Position numbers and translations under genes: made by a program. Below are positions 31,596 to 32,000 of a stretch of DNA of 32,000 bases, piece after piece. The notes beneath the pieces were generated by a model, which was not told the origin of the DNA, made no database searches, and saw nothing but the letters and a program-made list of their open reading frames with translations. The stretch is from contig CAZKBG010000001.1 of NCBI GenBank assembly GCA_964551375.1, positions 1-32,000 on the forward strand, given 5' to 3'. The stretch is from an uncultured archaeon (GTDB lineage Archaea; Iainarchaeota; Iainarchaeia; Iainarchaeales; JAAZKV01). The number at the start of each line of letters is the position of its first letter. The stretch's first letter is position 1.

Positions 31596-32000
31596 ATGGG
31601 TAAAATATTAGTAGCAGGATTTGGGTTCGTAGGAAGAGCCTATTCAAAATGGCTGAGATATATTGGAAATGATGTAAACGTGTACGCAAAACCGGAGGAT
31701 TATCCAAACATGGAGAAATTCGGGTTTGTACTGCCAAGCAAGAAAGAAAAATATGATGCAGCCGTAATATGCCTCCCTACTCCAACAACAGATGGATACT
31801 GCGACACTTCAATAGTTGAAAGCGTAATGGCTGATTTGAACAAGAACTACAAGATAGCGCAGTTTGTAATCAAATCAACTGTTCCAATTGGAACAACAAG
31901 AAAGATGGAAAATGCACTTGGTAAAAGAGTGCTATTCTATCCAGAGTTCTTAGAAGCAAAGAACCCTCTTGGAGGAGTATCAAACCAAAAGATAATCGCA
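31596..32000 (+). CDS. UDP-glucose/GDP-mannose dehydrogenase family protein, N-terminal part (truncated by the window end)
   Basis: Translation is MGKILVAGFGFVGRAY...AAVICLPTPTT.DG.CDTS.V......L......FVIKSTVPIGTTRK.......V.FYPEFLEAKNP. It shows a Rossmann GxGxVG, then CLPTP, KSTVPIGTT and (N)PEFL motifs in the family order. GAGGTGA overlaps the upstream stop. This ORF is not in the ORF track. Confidence 0.75.
   Translation, partial: MGKILVAGFGFVGRAYSKWLRYIGNDVNVYAKPEDYPNMEKFGFVLPSKKEKYDAAVICLPTPTTDGYCDTSIVESVMADLNKNYKIAQFVIKSTVPIGTTRKMENALGKRVLFYPEFLEAKNPLGGVSNQKIIA

Noticed and set aside
1-32000. A scan for CRISPR arrays, rRNA genes, IS elements, transposases, integrases and prophage hallmarks such as capsid, terminase or portal proteins.
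   Set aside because: I found no regularly spaced direct repeats. No ORF has DDE, tyrosine-recombinase, serine-recombinase or virion-protein signatures that I could recognise. The only repeats are the short ones reported at 12.5 kb and 29.3-29.8 kb.

Overview
AT-rich, gene-dense window that looks archaeal and best fits a small-genome DPANN-type archaeon. This is an inference from three things: a tRNA intron with a canonical bulge-helix-bulge geometry, A/T-rich TATA-like boxes plus GGAGG/GGTGA ribosome-binding motifs, and salvage-type rather than biosynthetic enzymes. Recognisable genes: a partial tRNA-His directly upstream of hisS; an intron-containing tRNA-Thr(GGU); an APC amino-acid permease; an HxlR regulator; tRNA-dihydrouridine synthase; an 840-aa SF2 (ResIII/XPB-like) helicase with a ~430-aa unknown C-terminal extension; an ABC-2 exporter pair; a tight apt / GNAT-like / MTA-phosphorylase operon; a Walker-A-less KaiC/RecA-like protein with a small membrane partner; TspO; a nitroreductase; a CDGSH Fe-S mini-protein; a GIY-YIG nuclease; a 910-aa vWA/HYR-like surface protein; a DNPH1/Rcl-like N-hydrolase; and a processive membrane GT2 synthase followed by a truncated UDP-sugar dehydrogenase. 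Roughly a third of the coding capacity has no family I can name. The clearest pattern is at least ten highly basic proteins, many starting with Arg/Lys-rich N-termini (MPRR.., MARRR.., MARPK.., MRQRTRQ.., MTRAARQRTQRK..). Six unassigned genes sit consecutively at 17.7-20.9 kb, five of them of this basic type, and two are degenerate methyltransferase-like paralogs bracketing a small redox/stress island. Other points worth a second look: an identical, unusual T-loop (G at position 55) in both tRNAs; ~60-nt imperfect direct repeats with TTCCACTA/TAGTGGAA palindromes flanking the DNPH1-like gene; three sub-60-aa ORFs missing from the ORF track, two of them Cys-rich; and tandem repeats upstream of the ABC exporter. 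I saw no CRISPR array, rRNA, transposase or integrase.
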